Shown here piece after piece: positions 1-8,123 of a stretch of 26,008 nt of DNA; position 1 is the stretch's first letter; each line of letters opens with the position of its first letter. The stretch is from an uncultured archaeon (lineage in GTDB: Archaea > Asgardarchaeota > Heimdallarchaeia > Heimdallarchaeales > Kariarchaeaceae): assembly GCA_964645535.1 (NCBI GenBank), contig CAZYCQ010000032.1, positions 10,858 to 36,865 of the forward strand, given 5' to 3'. The translations under genes and the position numbers were made by a program. The notes below the pieces were generated by a model. The model did not search any database. It was not told where the DNA came from and saw only the letters and a program-made list of their open reading frames with translations.

Positions 1-823
1 ATTGCTCAATATTTGACGTAGAAAATTCATTTTGATTTAATTTCACAGCCAGAACGTAATCCTTGTTTCGCTGGATGGGAAGCAGTAAATCTTTGCCATA
101 TTTCAAAAGTGTATCTGTGTTCAGGAAAATTCTCTGTTGAGTGAAGAGGCCTCCAAAAACACCCTGTTGAGAAGAATCAGTGATTGTTGGGTAAATTCCA
201 GTAATTTCAACATTTTTCAGTTGAAGGACATAGCTTCTAAGATTATAAATGGAAGAAGTATCAAGGGCAGTAATGTTAAGGATGGGAATGCTGTCTCCAA
301 CTTCTAAAGATAGTTTTCTTGCGACAGTATCGGGGATCACAGTCTTATTTCCGACTAAATCAAATTTTCCTTTAAATTCACCTGAAGAAAACAATCTTTC
401 ATAGATAGCGGTCTTTGTGAAATTTTTCCGGACGAACACAGGGGTGAAAAAGGAAGGGGTTTCAGCCCCCGATTCCAATTCGGTCGAAAATGAAGCACCT
501 AAAGTCAATCCACCGCCTTGAAGGAGGGTTTTGGATTGTGTAATAAATACAGTTGACGATTCAATTCGAGGATCTGATGAAATTTCTCTAGCCAAATGCC
601 ATAAATCGCTTTCATTTCCAGATCCTTCTATGGTAAAACTTACCTCATATGGAGCATTTTGTATAATTGAATTGTAATTTTCTTCTTGTAATCTAGAGGA
701 AAAAATCAATAGACTTCCCACTACCAAAGTGGAAAGCATGATTCCAGTGAAAAAGGAAAGAGAACGACGTTTATTTTTTGATATGGAAAGAAGAGGCAGA
801 AACCAACCAATTGAAGATGGCAT
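1..823 (-). CDS. ABC transporter permease, FtsX/MacB family (3' end runs off window)
   Basis: Read by hand, not in ORF track: ATG at 823, MPSSIGWFLPLLSISKNKRRSLSFFTGIMLSTLVVGSLLIFSS... Basic KRRS patch, one TM helix, then a large polar domain, as in MacB/LolE permease N-termini. Divergent from a LolD-like ATPase. Confidence 0.75.
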   Translation of the reverse strand, partial: MPSSIGWFLPLLSISKNKRRSLSFFTGIMLSTLVVGSLLIFSSRLQEENYNSIIQNAPYEVSFTIEGSGNESDLWHLAREISSDPRIESSTVFITQSKTLLQGGGLTLGASFSTELESGAETPSFFTPVFVRKNFTKTAIYERLFSSGEFKGKFDLVGNKTVIPDTVARKLSLEVGDSIPILNITALDTSSIYNLRSYVLQLKNVEITGIYPTITDSSQQGVFGGLFTQQRIFLNTDTLLKYGKDLLLPIQRNKDYVLAVKLNQNEFSTSNIEQ

Positions 824-933
824 GATTTTTGAACGTAGTGGAAATTAAAAATGTTTAAATCCGTTTTGGAACTAATGATAAATTTGTCATTGAAGAGTAA
901 ATGTAATCAATAGATGAAACCTTTCTGTGATTT

Positions 934-1629
934 GTGGTTGAAAAGATTTTGAGGACAGTTGAACTTCATAAAAGGTTTCGTATTGGAAACCAAGAAGTTG
1001 AGGTTCTCCGAGGGATAAGTATTGAGGTTTTTACAGAAGAAATTGTGGCATTGATGGGAAAATCAGGGTCAGGAAAAACAACATTGTTGAATATCATTGG
1101 AGGATTGATAGAACCAACTTCAGGAAAGGTTTTCATTAAAGGAATGGATGTTTTTTCAATGTCCAGGGCTTCTCGAGCTGAATTCAGACGCAAAGAAATA
1201 GGATGGGTATTTCAAGATTTTAATTTGATAGACAATTTAACAGCTTTGGAAAATGTGATGATACCATTGTTGCTTTCCGGAAAAGGAACTCCAAAGCAAG
1301 CGGCCCAAGAAGCCCTTGAAAAGGTGGGTCTCAAGGATCGTCAGGATCATTTCCCAGATCGTCTCTCAGGAGGTGAAAGGCAAAGAGTAGCCATTGCCCG
1401 GGCAATTGTAACAAATCCACAATTGATTCTTGCAGATGAACCCACAGGGAATCTTGATTCAAAAACTGGAAATGAAATAATGAATCTTTTCAGGGACATC
1501 TCAAGTCATGCAGGGATATTGATGGTTACTCACGATAAGAATTTAGCGTCCAAGGCAGACAGAATATTATTTTTAAGAAATGGAAAAATAGAGAGAATCA
1601 AAGATGGAATAGAAGAGCTTTTGGTCTGA
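934..1629 (+). CDS. ABC transporter ATP-binding protein, LolD/MacB subfamily
   Basis: Walker [11 protein letters not shown]-loop VFQDFNL, signature LSGGERQR, Walker [13 protein letters not shown]-loop VTHD. Confidence 0.95.
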   Translation: MVEKILRTVELHKRFRIGNQEVEVLRGISIEVFTEEIVALMGKSGSGKTTLLNIIGGLIEPTSGKVFIKGMDVFSMSRASRAEFRRKEIGWVFQDFNLIDNLTALENVMIPLLLSGKGTPKQAAQEALEKVGLKDRQDHFPDRLSGGERQRVAIARAIVTNPQLILADEPTGNLDSKTGNEIMNLFRDISSHAGILMVTHDKNLASKADRILFLRNGKIERIKDGIEELLV

Positions 1630-1706
1630 TAGTTTAAAACCGGTATTTTTTAGGAGAATAGTGTCTGATTCATAGAATTATTAAAGTCAATTATCAATTA
1701 TGGTTT

Positions 1707-4037
1707 ATGACTGAGACACTAAACCCAGAATCACATACGGAATTTGCAAAAGAACTGGGGCTTAAGGAAGCTGTTTCAATTGCAGTGGGAGCAATGATCG
1801 GAGGAGGAATTTTTTCAGTTTTAGGTCGTCTTGCAAGGATGGCAGGACCCTCTGCAGTGATAAGTTTCTTTTTGGGAGGAATTATTGCATTATTGACAGC
1901 AACATCTTATTATAAAATCGTTGCCAAATATCCATCAGCGGGAGGAGAATTTGTCATTCTGCGAAAAGGGTTCAAAGACAAGCCTTTTTTTGGCAATATG
2001 GTAGGAATGATGCTTTGGTTGGGATATTCAGTCACAATTGCCCTTTATGCCTTTACATTTGGCCTATATATGAGTAGTTTCATATTCAGGTTCACAGGAA
2101 TTGAATTTTTCAATATAGAGTATGAGGGAATGATCATCAATGGGTTCAACACACATTTAACAGGTAGAAGAGTTCTAGCTTTCTTTTCAATTCTATTGTT
2201 TATGATAATCAATTTAAGAGGGGTTAAGGAAACCGGCACCATTCAAAATCTAATAGTATTGTTTAAAGTGTCTGTTCTCATGTTTATTGCAGTCGTAGGA
2301 TTTGCTCTTTTCAAACCAGAGAATTACCAACCTTTTTTCATAGACACAAATCCATTGAATCCGGAGAGTGGAACAGTAGGGATGTTTGGGGGGTTCAGTG
2401 GGATGATTATTGGAAGTGCAGTAATATTTGTCAGTTATGAAGGGTTCCAGGTTATCGCAAATACGGTAGAGGAACTAAAAAATCCGGCGAGAGATGTCAA
2501 GATAGGCATGATCATTTCTATTGTTGTGGTAACGTTCACATATTGCGCTGTAACTATTGCAACATTCAGTTTGGTAGAGAATCCTCACCACATTACAGAA
2601 GATGCACTTATTGAAGCTGTGAAATTCATGGGAGATTGGGCCGTTGCGTTAGTGGCTTTTGGTGCAGCTGCAAGTACAACCTCTGCCATCAATGCCACAT
2701 TGTTGGGTTCTTCACGACTTGCATATGTTATGGCAGATTATGGTGCCTTTCCGAAAAACATCGCAAAGATCAGTAAGAAAAGCAAGGTGCCCTATATGGC
2801 AATTATCATCACAAGCAGTGTCAGTTGGTTCTTTACCTTTTTTGGAAACGCTGAAGAAATAGCAGAAGTGGGATCAATTATTTTTCTTGGAATTTTCCTC
2901 TCCATCAATATTGCGGTCATTCAAGTTTTCAAGAAGGAGAGACCAATCATTCCTTACATTGCAAGTTTCCTGATTGCTTTTTATCTCATTCTTGTGTTTA
3001 TTTTCATACGAGCAAATCTTGAACAGTCAAAACTTACCTTATCTGTTCTTTTCGTCTTTCTTGCAATTTCTTTGGTAACCCATCTATATTACAGCAAGAA
3101 GGGTGGAATAAAGGGAGATGAATTAAAGAAATACGACCTAGAACCGTTAGGCAAGGAATTGATTCAGGAGTTCAAACCAATGCAAAGGAGATCAGATGAA
3201 TTCTTTGTTGACCTAGAAAGAATGTTGGTACCGATATCGGGAGAACTATTCGAATCAAAGGCATGGCAAATTGCAGCTACCATTGCAAGAAAATATAATG
3301 TAGAGGTTGATGTTTTGCATATCGGTGACACCACAGATGACTTAACTCGACCATTGGAAATATTCAATGCGTTTAGGATTAAGTACAGGGTCATTGTCAA
3401 GAAAGGAAAAAACATTGCAAAAACAATTATAGACAGTTATAACGAAGGGAACTATCAATTAGTTCTTCTTTCCTCCAAACGAAGAAAAGGATTGTTTGAT
3501 CGGCTAATTACAGAAAGTGTTTCAAAAACAGTAGTTGATGAAATTGGAGCCACTGTTCTTCAAGTCCATCCACCCAGCTATGGAACACGAAATACAGAAA
3601 TCGGAGACCTTTTCATTTTGATGGATGGATCAGAAAGAGATGCGTATTTGGCGAGATGGGCTAGCATCATCTCTTCAACAGGTCCAAAAAGTCATGTATA
3701 TGCCTATCATATCATTCAAATTCCCCAAACAATTTCATTGGAAGATGCTGCTGATTTTCCAGAGGTAAAAAGAAGTTCCAATGAGTTTGAGAAATACGCA
3801 AAAGAGCTTTGTGAACAAGTAGGGTTGGATGTCACGCCAATCCTTTTGTATGGTCATAATTTTGTCAAAGCCTTGGTTCAAGCAACTGAAAAACGCGAAC
3901 CCGATGCAGTTCTGATTGGCCATACAAAAGATGAGGGGTTGCTTAAGAGATTCAAGAAAAGATTAGCGTATCGAATAATGGAAAAAGTAAACAGTGCCGT
4001 TATCGTCCACCACACCCCTGAGGAAAACAGAAATTAA
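1707..4037 (+). CDS. APC-family amino acid permease fused to two C-terminal universal stress protein (USP)-like domains
   Basis: TM1 motif GAMIGGGIF, PSAGGE, TM6 SYEGFQ, about 12 hydrophobic segments. C-terminal ~280 aa has two USP-like repeats (RMLVPISG...ITESVSKTVVDEIGATVLQVH; LFILMDGS...IMEKVNSAVIVHH). Confidence 0.9.
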   Translation: MTETLNPESHTEFAKELGLKEAVSIAVGAMIGGGIFSVLGRLARMAGPSAVISFFLGGIIALLTATSYYKIVAKYPSAGGEFVILRKGFKDKPFFGNMVGMMLWLGYSVTIALYAFTFGLYMSSFIFRFTGIEFFNIEYEGMIINGFNTHLTGRRVLAFFSILLFMIINLRGVKETGTIQNLIVLFKVSVLMFIAVVGFALFKPENYQPFFIDTNPLNPESGTVGMFGGFSGMIIGSAVIFVSYEGFQVIANTVEELKNPARDVKIGMIISIVVVTFTYCAVTIATFSLVENPHHITEDALIEAVKFMGDWAVALVAFGAAASTTSAINATLLGSSRLAYVMADYGAFPKNIAKISKKSKVPYMAIIITSSVSWFFTFFGNAEEIAEVGSIIFLGIFLSINIAVIQVFKKERPIIPYIASFLIAFYLILVFIFIRANLEQSKLTLSVLFVFLAISLVTHLYYSKKGGIKGDELKKYDLEPLGKELIQEFKPMQRRSDEFFVDLERMLVPISGELFESKAWQIAATIARKYNVEVDVLHIGDTTDDLTRPLEIFNAFRIKYRVIVKKGKNIAKTIIDSYNEGNYQLVLLSSKRRKGLFDRLITESVSKTVVDEIGATVLQVHPPSYGTRNTEIGDLFILMDGSERDAYLARWASIISSTGPKSHVYAYHIIQIPQTISLEDAADFPEVKRSSNEFEKYAKELCEQVGLDVTPILLYGHNFVKALVQATEKREPDAVLIGHTKDEGLLKRFKKRLAYRIMEKVNSAVIVHHTPEENRN

Positions 4038-4072
4038 CACAGGATATAAATTGACATCAGCTTCAAGATTAA

Positions 4073-4795
4073 TTGATGCAACAATCGCCATATACCGAAG
4101 ATGAAATTGTTGAAATGATTAATTCAGATAATTTGGAAGATATTTCAACAGGAGCAAGAAATTTGTGGACCTTTTGGGATCAATGGGAACATAAAGAGAA
4201 ATTTGAAGGACTTGGTGAGCGGCTTCTAACACTTTTGAAATCAAGTATTGAAGCGCTGCCAAAAGGATTTACAGGATCTTATCGACCGGTTTGGCATTTT
4301 CTCCTATCATTAGGGGTTCTCCAGTATGAGCCAGCCCATGATTACATTTTTTCGCTTTTGGTAGACACACAAATTGTGGAAAATGTCCGAGGATTTGCAG
4401 CAGATGCTTTGTCAAGATATCCTCCACAAAAGTTGAAAGATGAACAGCTTGAAAGAATTTGGGAATTGGCAGAAAAAGATGAGTCTTTGCCGGTACGTGT
4501 GAACTGTATTAGAGCAATAGCAAATAATTTCTACAATTCGAAATCGGATGATGTCGCAAAGCGATTGTGGGAAATGATGAAACGACAGACAAATCCAGCA
4601 ATCAAGACTACGATTATGGGGGCAATAGGGGAAATAGGAAGTATGAGTGTAGTACCGGATTTGATCCACACTTTAATCACGCGAAGAACACCAGCATTGA
4701 AAAAAGATGCAGGATTGACCTTAGATCGAATTGCAGAGCTCAATGGGATGAATAACAGAGATGATTTAATCAAATCGTTTTCGAATGTTGATTAG
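4073..4795 (+). CDS. HEAT/PBS-lyase repeat protein
   Basis: Repeated helical units ENVRGFAADALSR, LPVRVNCIRAIAN, PAIKTTIMGAIGEIG, ALKKDAGLTLDRI. Confidence 0.8.
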   Translation: MMQQSPYTEDEIVEMINSDNLEDISTGARNLWTFWDQWEHKEKFEGLGERLLTLLKSSIEALPKGFTGSYRPVWHFLLSLGVLQYEPAHDYIFSLLVDTQIVENVRGFAADALSRYPPQKLKDEQLERIWELAEKDESLPVRVNCIRAIANNFYNSKSDDVAKRLWEMMKRQTNPAIKTTIMGAIGEIGSMSVVPDLIHTLITRRTPALKKDAGLTLDRIAELNGMNNRDDLIKSFSNVD

Positions 4796-5091
4796 TTAAG
4801 TAAACCAAGATCGTCCCCATTCTCGTTCAAAGTCAGACCATCTTTGATAACAAGTCCAACAAAGGTGAAAACAGCAATAAGGAGGAAAGTAATGGAAACA
4901 GCAACTAATTCTTGTGTATTGTCCTCTAGGTTGGAAATGGTACCATCAGGAATACGCCAGAGATGAATTTGCCACCCATTCTCCGCAACACCAGAGGCAA
5001 ATGCCTGAAATGCATTAGCCCAGATTCCCGTCAATAGGAAAAATAAGGGAGCGAGAAAAAGATATGCAACGATCGGGATTGTTTTTTTCAT
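4792..5091 (-). CDS. Small hypothetical membrane protein (2 hydrophobic segments)
   Basis: 99 aa with two TM-like stretches, upstream GGTAGGAT RBS-like motif, and a 4-nt convergent stop overlap with the HEAT gene. Confidence 0.7.
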   Translation of the reverse strand: MKKTIPIVAYLFLAPLFFLLTGIWANAFQAFASGVAENGWQIHLWRIPDGTISNLEDNTQELVAVSITFLLIAVFTFVGLVIKDGLTLNENGDDLGLLN

Positions 5092-5170
5092 AATCCTACC
5101 ACGAGATATGAGTTATAAATTTATCATTCGTGGCGTAAGAAGGGGGAAAAATTCAGAAAATATGCTTGCA

Positions 5171-6160
5171 CTATGTCCTATCTGGAACAGCAATTCCATA
5201 CAGAAAATGCTGTTGCGGTTTATTTTGAAGAATTTCCTCAATTTGCTGGATAATATCATTTGATAATATGATTTCACTTGCAGCAATATTTTCCATGAGT
5301 TGATTGATTGAGGTTGCCCCGGTTATTGCTGAACTAATCCTTTTGTCTCTCAAAACCCAAGCCAATGCAAGTTGTGAAGGTTTTATTTCCAGTTCTTTAG
5401 CAATGTCAGTTAGCTTTCTTACCTTTTCAAGATTCTCTTCAGTCAATTCTCGTTTCAAAAATTCGGATGTTTTGCCCCGACTGTTTTCAGGAATGCCAGA
5501 ATTGTATTTTCCCGTCAATATTCCTTGGGCAAGGGGTGACCAGACTGTCAATCCCAATCCGTGATAAGCAGCCACATCCATTATTTCAAGTTCAATAAAA
5601 CGATCAAGCATATTATAGCGAGGTTGTTCGACAGCAGGAAGATGTGCGCCAATTTCCTTAGCTATAGAAACAGCACGTTCAAGTTGAACAGCAGACCATA
5701 CGCTAGTTCCCCAATATCTGATAAAGCCCTCCCGAATCAAGTCATCCATTGCTTCTATAGTTTCTCGCAATGGTGTAAAATGATCATAACGATGGCAATA
5801 ATAGATATCCAAATAATCAGTTTCAAGTCTTTTGAGAGAGCCGTAGATTGAATCAAATATATGTTTTCGAGAAAGACCAACATCATTGGGATTATCAGAC
5901 ATGGGCCAGAAGACTTTTGAAGAAATCACTAGGTCTTTTCGGGAATATGATTCTTCGGAAATAATTTCTCCGATGGTTTTTTCTGCATTTCCTTTTGAAT
6001 AAATATCTGCAATGTCAATAAAGTTTATTCCTTCCTCAATAGCCTTAGTTACAATTTCTTTGGATTTTGCCTTATCAACCGACCCGCCGAAGGTAAGCCA
6101 TGCTCCCAATGAAATTTCAGAGACTCTAATACCATGATTCCCCAAATACCTGTATTTCAT
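5171..6160 (-). CDS. Aldo/keto reductase (Kv-beta/YajO-like clade)
   Basis: Start revised to ATG 6160 (MKYRYLGNHGIRVSEISLGAWLTFG). Catalytic motifs DIADIY, SSK, YYCH; also GLSRKHI and WSPLAQGILTGKY. Confidence 0.93.
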   Translation of the reverse strand: MKYRYLGNHGIRVSEISLGAWLTFGGSVDKAKSKEIVTKAIEEGINFIDIADIYSKGNAEKTIGEIISEESYSRKDLVISSKVFWPMSDNPNDVGLSRKHIFDSIYGSLKRLETDYLDIYYCHRYDHFTPLRETIEAMDDLIREGFIRYWGTSVWSAVQLERAVSIAKEIGAHLPAVEQPRYNMLDRFIELEIMDVAAYHGLGLTVWSPLAQGILTGKYNSGIPENSRGKTSEFLKRELTEENLEKVRKLTDIAKELEIKPSQLALAWVLRDKRISSAITGATSINQLMENIAASEIILSNDIIQQIEEILQNKPQQHFLYGIAVPDRT

Positions 6161-6232
6161 AAGATAGCCATTGGGAAGAAAATATGAATAAATTGATTGG
6201 GGCAACAAGTCAAACCACAAAAGGTTATTATG

Positions 6233-6249
6233 TAATCTTAATTAGATTA
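6233..6249. promoter_or_regulatory. Inverted repeat TAATCT-N5-AGATTA, candidate operator
   Basis: Perfect 6-bp arms in the divergent AKR/wHTH intergenic region, just upstream of the GGAGG RBS of the wHTH gene. Confidence 0.4.
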
Positions 6250-6260
6250 AACGGAGGCCA

Positions 6261-6581
6261 ATGGGAAAACGAGACCGAAGTCAATTGAAATTCCTCATTT
6301 TGCTGTATCTTGCGGAAAATGGGTTAGGAGTCTCGAAATATAGATTGAAAAAGGATTTGAATATTCCCACCTCAAAACAACTCAATAAGTTGATTGAAGA
6401 CCTTCTATCATACAATTTCATAAGACAAGAGCAGGTTTATGTTCATAAGGAGGAAGGAGGCGTAACAAATCTGTTTTACTTAACAGAAAAAGGACAGGAT
6501 TTCATTTCCAGGGCTGAAAAATTGTTACTTGATTTTTTCAACCTTTCTCCAGATTATCTAGATGATTCCGTAAATCGTTGA
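6261..6581 (+). CDS. Winged helix-turn-helix transcriptional regulator (PadR/MarR-like)
   Basis: LILLYL...SKYRLKKDL...QLNKLIEDLLSYNFI...FYLTEKG wing motif; GGAGG RBS. Confidence 0.8.
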   Translation: MGKRDRSQLKFLILLYLAENGLGVSKYRLKKDLNIPTSKQLNKLIEDLLSYNFIRQEQVYVHKEEGGVTNLFYLTEKGQDFISRAEKLLLDFFNLSPDYLDDSVNR

Positions 6582-7164
6582 GATTAGCTTCAATTTCAGT
6601 CAAACGAAATTTCAGTTGATCAATAATCTTTCCGAGAATCCCCAAAAGGAATACAAGGGGATAAGAAAGAAAGAAAATTTGATCAAAAGGCCGATGTGTT
6701 AGAATAATAACTATCAAACCACCAAAAGCCATAATTCTAACAATTTCCAATATCAGAAGAAATTTTTGCACATTTGACAGAAGAAATTCTATGTCAAAAT
6801 AGGTTGAAAATTTTGTTTTTGAGGAAAATTGATCAGAATATTCTAAAAATTTCCATTTCCTTATTGAGAAAATGAAAAGAGCCAGCAATCCAAAATAGGA
6901 CAAAATGAAAGGAAAAGAAGAGAAATTAAGATCCAATGAGGAAGAAGAATCTTCCATTGTAGCTTGAGGGAGATATGAAACAACTTGAGTAGCCTGTTGA
7001 GTATCTATAGCCTGAGTTTGTTCGGTTGTAGCTTGATGTAAAGTTAGTGGTGTTGTGTTATCAGATATTGAGAAAAATGTTATTACGAAAGGAAAGACGA
7101 AGCAACATAAAACTAAAACAAAAACACGAATATTGATCATTGGTATCCTTACTCTTACATACAT
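6538..7164 (-). CDS. Hypothetical membrane protein (about 4 TM, Q/T/S-rich loop)
   Basis: N-terminal hydrophobic segment, low-complexity linker with QAT repeats, three more hydrophobic segments and a C-terminal helix. Confidence 0.7.
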   Translation of the reverse strand: MYVRVRIPMINIRVFVLVLCCFVFPFVITFFSISDNTTPLTLHQATTEQTQAIDTQQATQVVSYLPQATMEDSSSSLDLNFSSFPFILSYFGLLALFIFSIRKWKFLEYSDQFSSKTKFSTYFDIEFLLSNVQKFLLILEIVRIMAFGGLIVIILTHRPFDQIFFLSYPLVFLLGILGKIIDQLKFRLTEIEANLNDLRNHLDNLEKG

Positions 7165-7257
7165 CTTTGCATTAATAAATGGAAGAGATGGAAATGATTC
7201 CCCATTTACTTGTTAGGAATGAAAAGAGAAATTAAAGGAGACACCATATGAGATGTA

Positions 7258-7425
7258 ATGGCTGAGAAAAAGGAAATAAGTGAAAGTGTTGGCCAAGGGG
7301 CGCATAAAATCCCTTCAGATAAAAATTCTGTTGATTTTCTATCATTTATTATTAAATTTGCAACGCCGATTGGATTAATTCTGTTTTCATTGGGAACATT
7401 GATCCAGATCTTGACAAGAAGCTAA
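7258..7425 (+). CDS. Small C-terminally anchored membrane protein, 55 aa (not in ORF track)
   Basis: MAEKKEISESVGQGAHKIPSDKNSVDFLSFIIKFATPIGLILFSLGTLIQILTRS*. Fills an otherwise empty gap and ends in a 4-nt convergent stop overlap with 7422..7823. Confidence 0.55.
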   Translation: MAEKKEISESVGQGAHKIPSDKNSVDFLSFIIKFATPIGLILFSLGTLIQILTRS

Positions 7426-7823
7426 TTGTCAGATGAATGCAGTCGTTGAAGGGCGATTTCAGCAGATTCAACCACATCAGGATGTTCATGATTGAGAAGT
7501 TTTTTCAATGGCTCTTCTGCCCTCATATCCCCTAATGTCGCCAGTGCCAATGCAGCCTCATGAACCACGAAAATATTGTCATCGGTCTCCAGAACCTTGA
7601 TTAGGTTCGGAACGGCTCTTGGGGACGCGGTTTCACCTAATGAAAATGCAATTTCGTGTCTTACGATCGGACTTGGTTCAGAAAATAAGGCCTGTATTAG
7701 ACAATCAACAGCTTCTTCGCTTCCATCATTCATAAGAGCAAAGCTTGCCTGAATACGATTTTCTTTTGTTTCATTCATGTCAAAGATAATTGATTTGGCA
7801 TTTTTTCTAATTCTTTCGTTCAC
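7422..7823 (-). CDS. HEAT-repeat protein with two His-Glu motifs; half-length deoxyhypusine hydroxylase (DOHH)-like
   Basis: RIQASFALMNDGSEEAVDCL / IVRHEIAFSLGE / AVPNLIKVL / VVHEAALALATLG / VVESAEIAL match, in order, one repeat half of eukaryotic DOHH (comparison from memory). Confidence 0.8.
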   Translation of the reverse strand: MNERIRKNAKSIIFDMNETKENRIQASFALMNDGSEEAVDCLIQALFSEPSPIVRHEIAFSLGETASPRAVPNLIKVLETDDNIFVVHEAALALATLGDMRAEEPLKKLLNHEHPDVVESAEIALQRLHSSDN

Positions 7824-7866
7824 AAAATTAATTTCTTAGTTTAGTTTATATTGATTGTTTTTGTTC

Positions 7867-8016
7867 TTAATCGCACTCTGAAAAGATGAAAGGACCGCTA
7901 ATAATGCATCCTGAAGCATTTAGAATGCTAACAACGGATATTCCCAAGATTGCGGGCAGTAGTGCGATTGCAGTTTTCTTCAGAGAGAGTTTGAAAAGGT
8001 TCATGTTTGTCTTCAT
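7867..8016 (-). CDS. 49-aa secreted or lipoprotein-like peptide (not in ORF track)
   Basis: MKTNMNLFKLSLKKTAIALLPAILGISVVSILNASGCIISGPFIFSECD*. Upstream AAAGAGGTAGGAT is identical to the 13-mer in front of atpB; TATA-like TTTAAATA at 8063-8070 (minus strand). Confidence 0.65.
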   Translation of the reverse strand: MKTNMNLFKLSLKKTAIALLPAILGISVVSILNASGCIISGPFIFSECD

Positions 8017-8123
8017 GATGTATATCCTACCTCTTTGAGGCGGTATACAGTATAAAATATCTTATTTAAAATCAGATGCGAATTTTCAAATAAATAAGGA
8101 GATGAATTTGTTGTAATCAATTT

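Noticed and set aside
6161-6220. Longer start for the aldo/keto reductase
   Set aside because: The family typically begins at MKYRxLG; the extension covers the promoter region.
6538-7164. Possible AgrB-like peptidase for the 49-aa peptide (VRIMAFGG resembles LRxxxGG)
   Set aside because: It lacks the GGxH and downstream catalytic Cys of AgrB; the similarity is too weak.
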